The notes under the pieces were generated by a model. The model ran no database searches. It was not told the DNA's origin and saw nothing but the letters and a program-made list of their open reading frames with translations. A stretch of DNA of 63,872 bases, the filler included, from Choristocarpus tenellus KU-1152 (Eukaryota; Protista; Phaeophyceae): NCBI GenBank assembly GCA_964200185.2. It is 16 parts of 16 records of this genome, joined end to end, with 100 filler letters (N's around TTAATTAATTAA, not from the genome) between each part and the next. Parts side by side here need not be neighbours in the genome. Positions count along the whole stretch, not along the records: positions 11,363 to 13,986 come from CAXNAD020026181.1; positions 14,087 to 17,952 come from CAXNAD020017496.1; positions 18,053 to 21,930 come from CAXNAD020017420.1; positions 22,031 to 24,953 come from CAXNAD020023632.1; 12 more parts are not named here. One strand, 5' to 3'. How positions within the stretch are numbered: the stretch's first letter is position 1; every line of letters starts with the position of its first letter. Shown one piece after another: positions 11,700 to 25,053 of the stretch. A program made the position numbers and the translations under genes.

Positions 11700-13062
11700 T
11701 GAGCTGAGGAAGGTTGAAATGCACTGGACGTACACCACTACGCTTTATCGCTACCTCCCTGCAAGAAACGATTTCTAAAAGGTGTTGGACCAGAGTTGTC
11801 AGAGCAGTTTGGAGTTGGCAATCAATATCCGACACAACTATGGGGTGCGTATGGACAATGGCAACACGCTTTTCGCGTAAATCAGCGTTACAAAGTGGGT
11901 GACCATCGAACTTCACACTGACCAAGCATGCGAAGATTCGAAAGGTCAACGCAGCAAATCGAATCCTTACCCTCGTTCCCCTTTCTGTCAAGCTAGCAAA
12001 AAGTCGATCTTATAGCTGACAGCTCAAAGCTTTAGTGATGACTCAATGTGATGGGCGCAATGCAGGTGAAATAGTGTATTATCCTGAGCCTGTCACTGAT
12101 GCATCAAAAGAACCGGGTAGATTGCATCCTTTACCAAGCACCAAGGAGCATCATTTATAGACGCGGTCTCAACGTGATTCTTATCGACGGCGCACAGTTC
12201 TACCTCATCCGCGACGAGGGCCGGGTCTACATGTTCCCCAGGAGGAAATGGGGGCGCTCTACCAAGGTACAGCACAGGACCCACAGTCCTGAGTTGATGT
12301 TCATTAGCGCCGTTTCGCGTCCAGATTTTTCCAGCGATTTGAACAGCAACAGAACTTGGCATGTTTACGTCATCAAGCAGAAGCAGAGAAATCTGACCCA
12401 CCGCGAGAGGGGGCAGCAGTACGACTTAGATGTGACCTCGACCCCGAGTGTTACCAGGATCATTACGTGGAGACTTTTCTCCCCGCATTGATGGAAAAAA
12501 TGCCGTGGTTGGAGGGTGAGGAGGTGGTCATGCAGGAGGACGGAGCGACCCCCCATACAGGATAAGAAAAATTGTGGAACCTCTTCAACGCAGAGAAGGA
12601 GGGGGGGTGGAAAATCAAGCTCGTGACGCAGCGTCAACAGTCACCTGATCTCAATATCGATGATTTGGGGGGTTTTGCATCTCAACAAAGTGGTTGGATA
12701 GAGCGTTACGATATGATAGACGACCTTGTGTATGGCATGTACAACGCAACTACTCTAGATAGGGTGTGGCAGAGCCTCTTAGAGCGGTATAATGAAGTTT
12801 TGACAGCGCTCCGATTTCGAGGTACAACACAGCAGAACTATGAAAAGGCAGCATGAGAGAAGTCTGCCAAAACCAGTCAGAATCAACAGAGGGGCTTTGG
12901 ACGTGGCGGTGGATTGGAGAATTGATGGTCACGAGGAGAGCGAGGAAGAATGACTTTCACGTAAAAAATATCAAGGAATCGAAATCAAAAACCCGTTTTT
13001 TGATCGGAAGTTATCTCGAGAAGTAGCAAACTTAATGTCACCGACTTATGGGACAGAGGGAG
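11700..13062 (+). mobile_element. Degenerate plant-type (DD39D-like) mariner transposon; transposase pseudogene ~11760-12830; right TIR intact
   Basis: Frameshifted motifs KGVGPELSEQFGVG (N-terminal HTH-like), VILIDGAQFYL, KVQHRTHSPELMFISAVSRP, QEDGATPH, QSPDLNIDDLGGF and TLDRVWQSL. The element ends GGGACAGAGGGAG|TA, a Stowaway/mariner-type TIR plus TA. No left TIR was found. Confidence 0.85.
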
Positions 13063-14722
13063 TATTAGTACATGGAGATATGCCCCAAGATGTGACCTAC
13101 GATCCGACTTGTTGTTGCTATATCTAAGGAGACCGAGAACACCTCTTCTCTTGCTTGGATACAAAAGAATTATCCCTATATACATGATCGTAGTAGTGGT
13201 CGTTGCCATATGTCTTCCCTCTGCAAGATACTAACAGCATCCATTGTCCAGTTCATGGAATGGTGCCACACAAAGGTTTCAGGTTGTGGAGTTTTTTTTT
13301 AATACGAATTGAACTGCACTCTCCATTCAATAGATGTACGAAGTATATACTTGTTTATTTATTACTGGATGTATTGTAGAGAGGAATTGAGACACGATCA
13401 GCGACGCACCAATCGTTCATTCTCTTTAGTTGACAAAAATATAGTTTTATCGGCTTCGAGGGTCGCAACAACCCATCATGAGACAGTGGCAAATCGCTCT
13501 ACATCGTTTTATACTACGATTAATGAGTCAAAGTGAACGAGAGGTACACAGGGTTACATTCTAAGGATGCGCGAAAATATGTCCAAGAATCGGCTTGCTA
13601 TGTAAGTGCGTGTAGAGACTCTTCTGAATTATGTCGAAATGTCTCAAACAACTCTCTCTCAAGTCATAATTGGCACTTAATCCATAGAAATATGGATGAA
13701 TCGCAAAAGATTGAAAAATTGGCTTACAATGCAAAACGGCGAAAACATGGGTACCTGTAGTTTACTTTGAGTTTTTGTTCATAATCAAAGATATATTCAT
13801 TACATCATCAAAACAAACCAATAAATCAAACCCTCAGCGATTAACTGGGCAATATGCACAATAATGTATGTGTTTGGCACTTCCTCCTTTACCTGCCTGT
13901 CTGCCTTTTTGTGGGAGTATCGCTAGTCATAATATGTTGTGTGGGGCTGCAACATGGGCACCACTTCTTTGGCAATCTCTGCTATCNNNNNNNNNNNNNN
14001 NNNNNNNNNNNNNNNNNNNNNNNNNNNNNNTTAATTAATTAANNNNNNNNNNNNNNNNNNNNNNNNNNNNNNNNNNNNNNNNNNNNAAGGCATGGCTTCC
14101 ACTTTCTTCCCCTACGAGCAATGTACTGTACTGCTGTGTGGTCATGACTCAGGAAGAAATGCACTTTTCGCGAGAAATTTTTACGCGCGCGCCAAACTCG
14201 CGTGAATATCTCCCTGAGTTTGTGCGAAATCGCCCGAATACGAGAATTCCGGTACAAAAGTCTATTTTTTTGAGCATGTCGAAAAGAGCGGTACAAAATT
14301 GTTTTGTTTTTTTTTGGTTCATAATGTTTGGCATAAAATCGGGGTAGGTACTGTATATTATTTTCCCCTCTCACATTTTGTACATGTGTCAGCGAAATGC
14401 CAAATCAATATCACACGGATATAAAAGCATTGATTCGTTGATTCTTTATTTCATGGACTCATGCATTCATCGGCTTATCTCACCACTATTACATCTATAT
14501 TTTTTGTTCACATTGGGGTTGAAGAAATGGAAAGGTGTGAGGTACAAGTTACACATAAATATAGTAGGTAGGAGGCACTTGTGTTGCTGGTGGAGAAAAA
14601 GTAACGCATATATCTCCTTGGAGATCTGGACACCCTCGGGCGCGTTGATAGCGATGCTAAGTCGCCCGTCCTGTTCCTCTGCTCCCTTCGCCCACCGTGA
14701 CCTGGCTTCCCCACAGATTTCA

Positions 14723-15067
14723 TCACTGTACCACACCTGGTAATGGACTCGCTACTTTCTTCCTGCTTTCCCGAGGCGGCAGAGACTGCAGAGCAGTGCT
14801 CCGACGTGGTTGAAGATCCAACCACGTTTGTGTGGTAATGTTTTCAATGCATCTTCTCTTAGCGTCAATGTCGTGACCACGTGGTCCATTTCGCGATTCG
14901 ATGATGCTGCTGCGCCACACTTCTCGCACTTTCCCGTCACCTAACATCCCACTGAGTTTCACATGGTACTTGTTTTTCCATCGCCTCTCGACAGAGAAGT
15001 TGCCGAGGGTAGAACCAGGGGGCAGAGGGGCCTCGGCAGCCCTCCCTGTCTCACCGTCGTGGTTCAT
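14723..15067 (-). CDS. Hypothetical ORF (114 aa) within a CpG-rich, probably transposon-related block
   Basis: ATG-initiated open frame MNHDGETGRAAEAPLPPGSTLGNFSVERRWKNKYHVKLSG..., apparently continued in another frame (14736-14467). No recognised homology. Confidence 0.3.
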   Translation of the reverse strand: MNHDGETGRAAEAPLPPGSTLGNFSVERRWKNKYHVKLSGMLGDGKVREVWRSSIIESRNGPRGHDIDAKRRCIENITTQTWLDLQPRRSTALQSLPPRESRKKVASPLPGVVQ

Positions 15068-15320
15068 GTCGGTGTGTGAGTCATGAGTTTGTGTGTTCAC
15101 AGAAAGTCTGCAAAAGGCGAAAAAAATATGTCTCGATAAAAAAATGCCTGGAAACATTGGGGTTTTTGTCTGCTTATTTTTTTCGTTGCTGCCCCACAGG
15201 TCAAACTTGGGCAGCGACCTACCCCAGACCAGGTTTCTGCAAGGAGTTCAGCCAACCACTTCATTTTAACCCGTTTTGAAGTTGTGACCTTCAAATTTGC
15301 GCAGGAGATATTCCTCCGCG

Positions 15321-15789
15321 TTTTTTCCATTATTTCATCGGGACATAGCGCCCGTTCCCTGAAGCCTGTGTAGTCGTGGGATATAGACCTTCAAAAGCTC
15401 TTGTCATGCCCTTTCATTTGATATATATATTGTTGTATATCTGTTGGGGATGCACGTGAAAAAAGCAGAAAAGTCACAGACCACGAAGCTATTGGTACCA
15501 CTTTAGTACCACTATAGCACATAAACAGAAAAAAATCCAAATGAATGTAATTGTTTTTTTTTCCATTATTTCATCGGGACATAACGCCCGTTCCCCGAAG
15601 CCTGTGTAGTCGTGGGATACAAACCTTTAAAAGCTCTTGTCATGCCCTTTCATTTGATATATATATTGTTGTATATCTGTTGGGGCTGCACGTGAAAAAA
15701 GCAGAAAAGTCACAGACAGCGAAGCTATTGGTACCACTTTAGTACCACTATAGCACATAAACAAAAGAAATCCAAAGGAATGTAATTGT
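15321..15789 (+). repeat. Tandem duplication, 2 x ~236 bp
   Basis: 15321-15554 and 15557-15789 are near-identical (CCATTATTTCATCGGGACATA...AATGTAATTGT). Confidence 0.95.
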
Positions 15790-17114
15790 AAGTCCATTAC
15801 ATATCTAAGTCCATTTATGTAGGGGAGTTCTCATCACCCCAGTAACAAACACACACCCGAAACATAAGGTCCCTACATATAGAACCGTCTGTGACGATCC
15901 TTTTTCCCGACATCCTTTCCTCCCATTGCTCCAGAGTCAAGGCATGCGACCTGCATCATCATTGCACCAGACTGCATCATTACTGTGGTGTATGACAGGG
16001 AGGATGCTGTGAGTAAGATGAAGAACACTCACACCAGTGCCGTTTCTTACCTCCTGGTGCAGCAGGGGGGGGCGTTATTAACCTGCACTATCCTGGGGGG
16101 GAACCACAACCCCAAGCGTGTGGAACACCTCACAGGGAAACTCTCCAAACCTTGGTCGGAGTCTGAGGCAGAGCTAAAGTGTACTGGGGAAAACGAAGGG
16201 GAATTGCACAGTACTCTGGACGCCCATATCTCCGCTCCAACAGGGTATGATAGCAACAGCGATGTAGTTGGAAGCGAGTTAGCTTCGGAGTTAGGCGGCT
16301 GCAACAAAGATTCCATGGAGACGATGCCTGAAACCCTGCCAGGATCCAGACTTCCGACAACCCATAGTGCCGAACCAGGCGCGAATGAGGACAGCAATGA
16401 CCCGTCTGGTGAAGATGAAGAGGGTGTGTGGAGGAGGTCGATCATATTGTCGATCTCCTCCTGGTAATAGGTGAAGGAATTCCGAGGGTGTTGGTTGGGA
16501 GGGACTGTTACAGGCGAATAGTGCGAGCTTTTCTTTTCGTGTTCTAGAAAGCGCGAGCAGAATACGAGATTCGTAACACATCAGTGGCCTTACAGAATAA
16601 ATGCTGATTTCTTAGAAATTGCAGGAAATATTTGTAATTTGAGTACGTATACAATGGTTGGCAGATGTCTTTCAATTTGAATTCTGTAGAACTCTCGTGG
16701 ATGATGCAAAAAAAGATTACTTTGACTGCCACAAAAATACATCTTGACTCACTCTTTCTATCTCGATTAAACCTTAAGTCAAGCATTGAGCAAAGCACTG
16801 ATTGAAGCATCGAGAGAAGAGTAGCTGACACCCATTCGTGGCTATCAACTGTGGACCCCCCGTAGCGTCGTTTTAAGATCGTTGAATTTGAGTTGCACAT
16901 CCTGTGGAGGTGAGTTCTGGAGCGTGCTGTAACAGAACCGTGAGGGACCAAATAGGGATCGGGGTTCCAAATCTCTACAGAGCTCAGGTTCTGAATAACA
17001 AATCCCCTATCGCAAGGGGAAGGGAACGCCTGTAACTCCCCGGGTAACCTTACAGAGGAATATCTTCTTTTATGTATCTGTCGTTCCGGTGTTGAACTTA
17101 TCATCAGAGTCAAT

Positions 17115-17420
17115 AGATTGTCGTCTGGCGGGGGGGCTATCACCGGTTCTGGGTAGGTCATCATCACTATCCGCAAATCCTGCAGCACTTCCCTAATATC
17201 CGAAGCTTTTTTCTTGTCTCTCTACTACTATGTACCGAGGAGAATATGGATTCTCATCTGTGAATACATGTTCTCTTCGGTGAATACAAATTCTCTTCAG
17301 TACATAGTAGTAGAGAGACAAGAAAAAAGCTTCGGACATTCGGGAAGTGCTGCAGGATTTGTGGATAGTGATGATGACCTACCCAGATCCGGTGATAGCC
17401 CCCCCGCCAGACGACAATCT
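17115..17420. repeat. Long inverted repeat (foldback), 139-bp arms
   Basis: 17115-17253 versus 17282-17420, about 8 mismatches by manual alignment, 28-nt spacer. Confidence 0.95.
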
Positions 17421-18801
17421 CCTCATCGCACCATGTTGGGGTACACCAGACTCCTTGTCATGTATTCGATTCATTGTTAATAATGAGATGCTTCGGTGAC
17501 CACAGGGTAACATCGTTTGGGGAGCTTTACTTTACAAACCTATCTCTGTGTACCCTCCGTCAATCACAAACACATTCGAAACTTAGCCTAACCTTTCGAC
17601 CAAAGGAGGGTACACTTCCGTCTTGGTTCTAAGTTGCGAAGATCGTTACCCTATTTTCATGCTAATGTTCTTTAAAATGATGCACAGTTTAGCAAGCTTA
17701 TCGCCATCCCTTCGCAGCTCTGGAGTTACCTCTCGTTTACGCCAAACCGTCACAGTATAATACGATGCTCGCAAGTTAGGTACATCCAAAAATAAACGTA
17801 CGTCTGTGAACAGGTCGTTTCCGAAATGGATTTCACCGTAGTTTTATGGATCAAGGCATTGATTACACTACTCAAAAAACAGCCTCTCACCAATATTGAG
17901 GATGAAGCATACTATGGAGGATGGGTTTGACCCATACTTGGTGCGCGGAAAGNNNNNNNNNNNNNNNNNNNNNNNNNNNNNNNNNNNNNNNNNNNNTTAA
18001 TTAATTAANNNNNNNNNNNNNNNNNNNNNNNNNNNNNNNNNNNNNNNNNNNNCCCCCCGTCTTTTTATTGGTGTGCCCTTCTTACCTGCATATCTTCCAA
18101 TATGATGCCCTCGCCCAGTCCATTTCTTTTAACTCTCGCATCTCGTTTTAGTCATCATATTGCCGACCATATATCTACACTGCCAATCCCCAATTCTTAC
18201 ATTCGTGGCATTCATTCACTTAAAATCCCTACCTACCACATGCCCTCATCCGGTACTCTGAAATATCTACAGAGGTTTTCTTATTTGTTTTGTTTCTTAT
18301 ACCACGTTATCTCCCAGTTTGTAGCTATGCTGCATAAAATCTATGACTATTCATATTGACATGAACATTGATTCACAGGGTTCCAATGCCTAATAAACGT
18401 CCCATGACTAGCCTCACACCTTTCACGTGACGCTTGAACGGGATGGTCCTCTCTATATAATCCTTCAATGAGCCCACGCTGTTCGATTTTCTTGCCATAT
18501 TGGTTGGGGTGAACGATATAGGCAGCGGAAAACAACCCATGCACTTTATCACTGATATCGACCTGATATCTGCCTCAGCTCTACATTGCAAGCGATATCT
18601 AAACTGCACTTACTCTACAAGATTGTTGCAGGTACACTACTCCTACCCTGACCCATTATCTTTTATTTTTATCGTGAACTCCATGGGATAACCATATTTG
18701 TGACATAAACGATGTACTCTACTACTTGTCCCCGTCTACCCCTTGGACCATAACTCTGTGGCAGGACCCTCAACCCTTTTCCGTCCTGCTGTGTGTACCA
18801 A

Positions 18802-19064
18802 GAGATGGTCTGGGGGCGGTTGAAGCACTATGTATGAGACAACTGTGACTACACGTTGCCTGAAATGAGAGCCAACATTCCCGTCAGTCTTAAGGAGGAA
18901 GGGGGCCTGTCCACAGAGTAATTGGGAAGAGGTTCTTCGGGATGAGTATTTCTTACCACCTGATATATTCCAACGAGAAATGCATGGAGTGCACCAAAAT
19001 GAACAGGGTGAACAAGACATTTAAGTCTCACAGGAGGCCTTCACCTTCAGAATACCTCATTTGA
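18802..19064 (+). pseudogene. Tc1/IS630-like transposase C-terminal remnant
   Basis: EMVWGRLKHYV*DNCDYTLPEMRANIPVSL...KTFKSHRRPSPSE matches the 'IExxWGxxKxYxRxNCDYT...YKSHRR' C-terminus of a eukaryotic Tc1-like clade; stops and frameshifts present. Confidence 0.65.
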
Positions 19065-19653
19065 CTTGGCATGGATTGTCTGGTTCAGAGGCCTGGGCCC
19101 CCATGAGTGAGCCTTAGTCAACCGGTGGCAACATCGCATAAACGGGAAATAATGGAGAGAGAATGGAGAGACACAAGGCCCATGTTCTCCAGGTGAGGAT
19201 GGCCTCTTCTGGCGTCAAAATTATCCTCTAATGCGCGGTTCACGCGCGCGAACTACTTGATATAAGTATGGTCCTGTATTTCTCACGATTACTGGAAATG
19301 TACCAATTAAGAAGACCCATCAAATAAGGTTAGCATGCTGATGCGATTACTGCAAACGAACTTTCATGAAAAAATTGTTGATCAAACGTTATCGCTCGAC
19401 AAATTTGATGTAGGAGGTGATTGCCAACATTGTGTAATCCCTCAGTACTTAACTCTTCGTTCACCCCAGGACTAATTTTTCGTTTCCTTCTTTACCTCTC
19501 CCACATTACGATGAGAATTTTCCTACCCACAAAACTCAGCTTACTTCAAACACTTTCCCTATCTCCATTTTTGTTCTATTTGTTTTTTAATATGTTCGCA
19601 GCTATATGTCACAGTCCTTCATTACGGTTCCACTTCTTTCAGTTGGGAGATTG

Positions 19654-20015
19654 TGTTAAGAAATAGGTTTACTCATTTGTTTCTTTTTGATATGATACAA
19701 ACCACCAGGTCGCACTAACTGTTGGTTGGTCCACTGCACTGGTCGTTAGTGTCCGTTTATTTTTTACATTCCCAACTCATCAACACAACATTAATACCTA
19801 TCACAAAAAAACCTAACAGCAGTCGATATACTTCTTTCGTGAGTATCTCAAGAAAGAATACTGAATTCGCATCACAGCATTCTTGACTGAGCAATCAATG
19901 ACCTCACTTATAACAGAACAAATACATCAGTGCATTACAGCGCTATGAATTCTCTTCGCAACGTAGACAACACATTTTCCTCAGAAGTATGATGCATTTG
20001 ATTCAGGTCTTAGCA
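19654..20015 (+). mobile_element. Internally deleted solo LTR (Copia-associated family D)
   Basis: Begins TGTTAAG and ends TTAGCA; reverse-complement homology to 29020-29156, 29725-30481, 31526-31625 and 32386-32745. Confidence 0.6.
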
Positions 20016-22030
20016 ACTTCATTCTTGTCAGTGTGGTAAAAAATTTACCATACCCAACGATGCTTGATCCCTCTCCCAAGCAATGGTTCGACTTGTGCAC
20101 CAACATGAAAATTTCAGGAAAAGGGCTACACAGAAACCTCACCAGGTAGGTGCAAAACTCTGTGTGTTCAGACAGCAAAAAAATATATGCTGACAACACC
20201 AAACGCGGCAGAAAGGATACCGATAAAGCTATGAGCAACACTGCAGTGTATAAAGAATGGTGTAAAACGCATTTACAAATCTCTTAAGCACCCTTTGACT
20301 TGGCCCATATTTGTGTCTGAACTAGCACTTTCGTCCTTGCATTCTTCAGTGCAAATTTGAATTATAGGACTTGGTGTGACTATCCTATCTGTTGTTACCT
20401 TTCCGTTGTCACTGTGTAAAACATAAAAACCCAAGATGACGTTATGGTACGAAAGGGGGCATACGTGGTCATCCTCTCCCAACTCGCCCAGTTCATGCCC
20501 CAGTTCTCTACATCATTAAGTCAAAATCTACATTAATTCCTACTAATATGTGACCGTGTAGGATATAAACGAATTGTACAAGTACTCAGGCTTTGCCACA
20601 GGTGGGGTCCTTACCCTCCATGTCGCCGCCCAAATTATATCTTACATTGCTGGACCTATCGTATCTGTTAGAGCGTATACCAGCCTTGTTCCCATTTTGA
20701 CCTGTTCAGAGTTGGAGTTTTGTGTGGCAGTCCAGACAACCTCTTCCTTCCTCCATGACTGAAATAGTACCCTGAGGCAATGAAGCTTCACCCTTAATGT
20801 TGGTGCCTTCTGAGTGTTGGGTATGTACGGATCCATGAGGTGTATGCTCGCCATCCTTCAAAGAGGAAAACAATCCTTTTTGCGTGGTCTTTTCACAGGT
20901 ACCTTCTTGGTCTGCTCGTAGTTGCCCTCAACACTCGCTCATATTGAACAATGTACACTCCGAGCTTTGCCAGCAACCTATACGTGGCTCTGTACTCCGT
21001 AGGATCTCAAACCTGCTGGACCAGATGAAGGATGAACAAGTTCAACACAGTGAAGGCATAAGTGCCATATAAGGGTAGTTTCAAACTGTCCTATTAAAGA
21101 AATATTGGTGGATATGTTGAAAACACTTGAAAGCATTGTTTATAACCTACAGTATTAAAATGTAATTCCACCTCTGCCAAGACAATTGTCGTCAGAATCG
21201 GCCCAATTCGTCATTCACGCGTTTATCCTGTTTCACTCCACCTTAGCATCGATAACATTGTGGTCCGTCCTTCGTAATTTCTTCTTCTATGGATTTCTCC
21301 AGGTATGTACTGCTTCCTTCCTACCCTAGTCCCCTTTTGACCCTGTGAACATTACCTCTACTTTTTCTGCTTGGTGTCTATCCTCCCATCTCACTCTTTC
21401 CACTCCTCTACTCGAGCCTATATCCCTACTTCTTACTGCAAAATCTCCATGTACTCCCCCCTTCCTCATAGGCCTGCAACTCTGATGCTCCGGCTAGAAG
21501 GAAATCGAGAAAACCCAATCCTAGCCTCGTCAATTTTACCTTCCCTACCTAACGTTTCAGTGCACTACTTTGTTTCTACACTAGTTCTCCATGTCGGGGG
21601 TCTCCTCCTCTTAGGCTCACTCCCTACTTTGTGTGGCTCCTCCCTATCCCCTTTGAGCACCTAGTGAGCCCTGACATGTTGTGGGGGAAGTTGAAAGTTA
21701 GGAAAGTGTTTGTGGTAATATTGGATTGTCGCTATCTTACCGTTAACTGTGCTTACTTGGTTCCCCCTCATGCCGCAGTCCAAACACATGAACTCTGCTA
21801 GGGCCTTCACTACGTCTATCTCTCAACTTCTGGGGTCTAACCACCTATTCAATCCTCTGTATGTATGGAACTCAGACCATTGGTCCCAAGCTGTCTCATA
21901 ACACTTCTATGTTTATCCCTTCTGCCCCCCNNNNNNNNNNNNNNNNNNNNNNNNNNNNNNNNNNNNNNNNNNNNTTAATTAATTAANNNNNNNNNNNNNN
22001 NNNNNNNNNNNNNNNNNNNNNNNNNNNNNN

Positions 22031-23407
22031 CAAGAGGTAGTTGCAGAAATTGAGTATCCCGTTTTTCCCTCTGGCTGGGCTTGACCCAAAATTGACTGGG
22101 AGAAAGTGTCGATATGTTTTTTTTTGTAATGGAGTCAAGCCCATCCTCAATGAAGAGCTCCATCCTCAATTTTTGAAATCCCCTGTTATGCACTAATCAT
22201 TAGAGGGAGGCTCCAGGAGTTCCTCTCGAAATTACTATTCGTACAATCAATGCCGTTGTAGAGTCTGGCAAAAAACGCCAACAGAGGCAGTTGCATCTCC
22301 TGCAACGCTTCGTCTTTCTCATCAGCATATACCGGTGATTTCCCGCTCAAGAACCTATAAAAGTTTGAACTTTTTTTGAGTAGTATGGGGTCACCATTTC
22401 CTTCTAATCGACGCATTCTGGACTTCTCTACTACCCGCCAGTTTGTGTCACTGGTACATGCTAGACACCTTTTGCCTTGGGCAGGATACAAAAAGCTTCG
22501 GCACATTATCGGGTACATCGACCATGTTATCAGTTGCATTCGCACTCAATAAAGTACTAGAGAACCTCATTCATCATCCCCATCCGCATCAAGTAGATCA
22601 TTGAGCAGACTGCCCTGCCACCAATCCAGCATAACAAGAGCTTTGTCCTTCAACCAAGTGCCTCCATTAAAAGCTTGAGTTTATGCTACATGTTTTGATA
22701 TGTGCAGATCAGGGAAGAGTGTGACTACCCCCTCAGACGGACATATTATTAGCCTTGCCCTGGTTGCGTGTGTTGCGTGTTTTCCATGTCCTCAACGGCA
22801 GGTCACAACAACAATTGTATCGAAAGGGGCTACGAGGGAGTGGGGTACGTGGCAGCCCCTCATCAACATTCATTAGATTTTTTTTGCTCTTAGATTCTAC
22901 ATCATAACTTCAAATAGACTCCACAATCACTATAAATTCTTTGGTAGTGAAGTTGGTATTTTTAATTTTCCATTTTTGCTCTTAGATTCTACACCATAAC
23001 TTCAAATAGACTCCACAATCACTATAAATTCTTTGGTAGTGAAGTTGGTATTTTTAATTTTCCATTTTCTACTTTCATTTCCATTACGTCTCGCCCAGGT
23101 TCGCCAAAATATTGTACTACTGTACTGAATTATTATTGTAGTAGCATTAAATACGGAGTTTGATTGGATAGGACCAGCTCAGGGTCACTAGAGAGTATGT
23201 GGCAGCGGACTGGTCTGGGAAGAAATATGTATAAACAGGGTCAGACCGGGCCATCGAGATCGTATACTGGACCGTACCGTGCTGAAACGGGTCAAGTATG
23301 TGCTTAACAGGAAAAGACCAGGACCATGTAGAGTGAAAACAGGATGGGGCCGCAGTCCAAGTCTGACGAATTGGTCCGGTTAACTGCCAGTCTAATGTAA
23401 AGCCCTG
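22031..23407 (-). mobile_element. Probable degenerate hAT transposon (left end plus transposase remnants)
   Basis: The minus strand starts CAGGGCTTTACA, followed by GACCG/GGTCC-rich subterminal sequence. Downstream fragments RRLEGNGDPIL and TLSPSQFWVK resemble hAT motifs. A related fragment lies near 17890-17950. Confidence 0.4.
22881..23068 (+). repeat. Tandem duplication, 2 x 92 bp
   Basis: TTTTTGCTCTTAGATTCTAC...TTTTAATTTTCCA repeated at 22881 and 22973 with about one mismatch. Confidence 0.95.
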
Positions 23408-25053
23408 CAATGAAACTGCAGTAGAGAGCTTATTATCCAGACGGCATCATAATGAATGATATGAGAATAAACAGTGCATGGCGAGACGCGCGTAACTCGC
23501 CGAGTGACCCTTGACAGAACTCCAACACCTCCACGATTTGGAACAGGTAAAGATCCGAAATCATAACAGTGAAATGTGTAGTGATTTGTGGGTAATGACA
23601 CCTCATAAATAACTCCTCCTACCTAATTCAACTTTTAATCTGCTAATATTCTAGGTAGTAAGAATTGTGTATACCTGGTTTTTGTTAAGTACATACGCAT
23701 ATGTAAATGAATGTTTTTTTGTGTCCTTTGACAATTTCAGTAGTCACACTTCTTCTTGTAATCTGATTAGAAACCCCGAACAGCCGAACCATTTCAGTCC
23801 ATTAGGTTCCTCGATTATTCTGATTAATCGAATTCAAACCGATTGACCTATAACCATTCACAATACTACTCCTTTCTCCTTTCTGTTTTCACTTCCTCCT
23901 TGTACTTTTCTACACTCCGCCTCTTTCTGTTTTTGAAAGATTCAAAAACGAATTTTAAAAAATGATGTGGAGCGGATAATTCCAAATACTCTTGACTAGG
24001 TCGATTATATTACAATAGAAAACGAAGCACTCAAATGGGTTCGTATAACATAACGTTCTATATAACGTTTATTTATATACGAAGTACAGTAGTTTGCAAA
24101 TTCGTAGTAGTCTTACGCCACACAATGCTTGCTACTACTATCACTATTCTATTACGCATTAGTACTATTTGCACTTCATCCAGTATAATACGTATGATGC
24201 AGTAGTATTGTAGAATTAGTAGTAGCACTTAGTATGATGACTGCACGAGTAGGATGTATGCTCTCTTGGCTACGGGTCGGGATATTGCTCTTTGCAGAGT
24301 AAAATGCAGCAAACAGTATTAAAATACATTTGTCACCATCACACACACACATTAAAATGAGTAGTAGTATTCTCGATCACCTTCGTAGGCCTAGGGTAGG
24401 AGGATAGTTGTGTGAGCATGTTTCTATTCAATGTAGAGAACAACACCTCAAGCAAGCACCATTGTTGATTTGCAGGTCTGATCAAGAAGAGAGTTTCACA
24501 TTGTTAGAAACGACAAACTACTATGCTATATCATCTAACTATTTTTTAAATATTTTAATCGTTTGTTGTAGAAGTTCTTCCAGTTTCCTGCTCAGTACTT
24601 AGAAGTTGTTCGTGCTGACCTATAAATTCTCCCACTTCTGCCACATCTACAAAAATCAATGGTTATTTTGTATAATGAGCCAAAGCAGACCAGAGGTACC
24701 GAGGTTTTGCCCGTTTCGCATTTTTACTCAGTTTTTTAATCTTTTGCAATTCACCCATAATTCTATGGATAACGTACTAAGTTTGAGTTGAGAAGATTGG
24801 TTTCTCTGTTGTTTAAAAAGTTTGGACACAATTCAGGAAATATCCTACACACATTTGTAGAAACAGATGAATTTGCACATATTTGTCAGCATCCTCAAAA
24901 TGGAACTTTGTCGTTTACTTTGATTCAATGTTGTGATCCAAAGTATCCGGGGGNNNNNNNNNNNNNNNNNNNNNNNNNNNNNNNNNNNNNNNNNNNNTTA
25001 ATTAATTAANNNNNNNNNNNNNNNNNNNNNNNNNNNNNNNNNNNNNNNNNNNN

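Noticed and set aside
15985-17188. Long ORFs of 160 aa (+) and 214 aa (-)
   Set aside because: No recognisable motifs or convincing splice structure; not called as genes.
17548-17615. 11-bp inverted repeat GTGTACCCTCC/GGAGGGTACAC resembling a tiny Stowaway
   Set aside because: Single short occurrence; not enough to call an element.
18347-18609. LFSAAYIVHP fragment resembling a hAT transposase motif
   Set aside because: Too short and degenerate to support by eye.
24050-24380. TAGTAG/TACTAC-rich tract
   Set aside because: Low-complexity decayed microsatellite with no higher-order structure.
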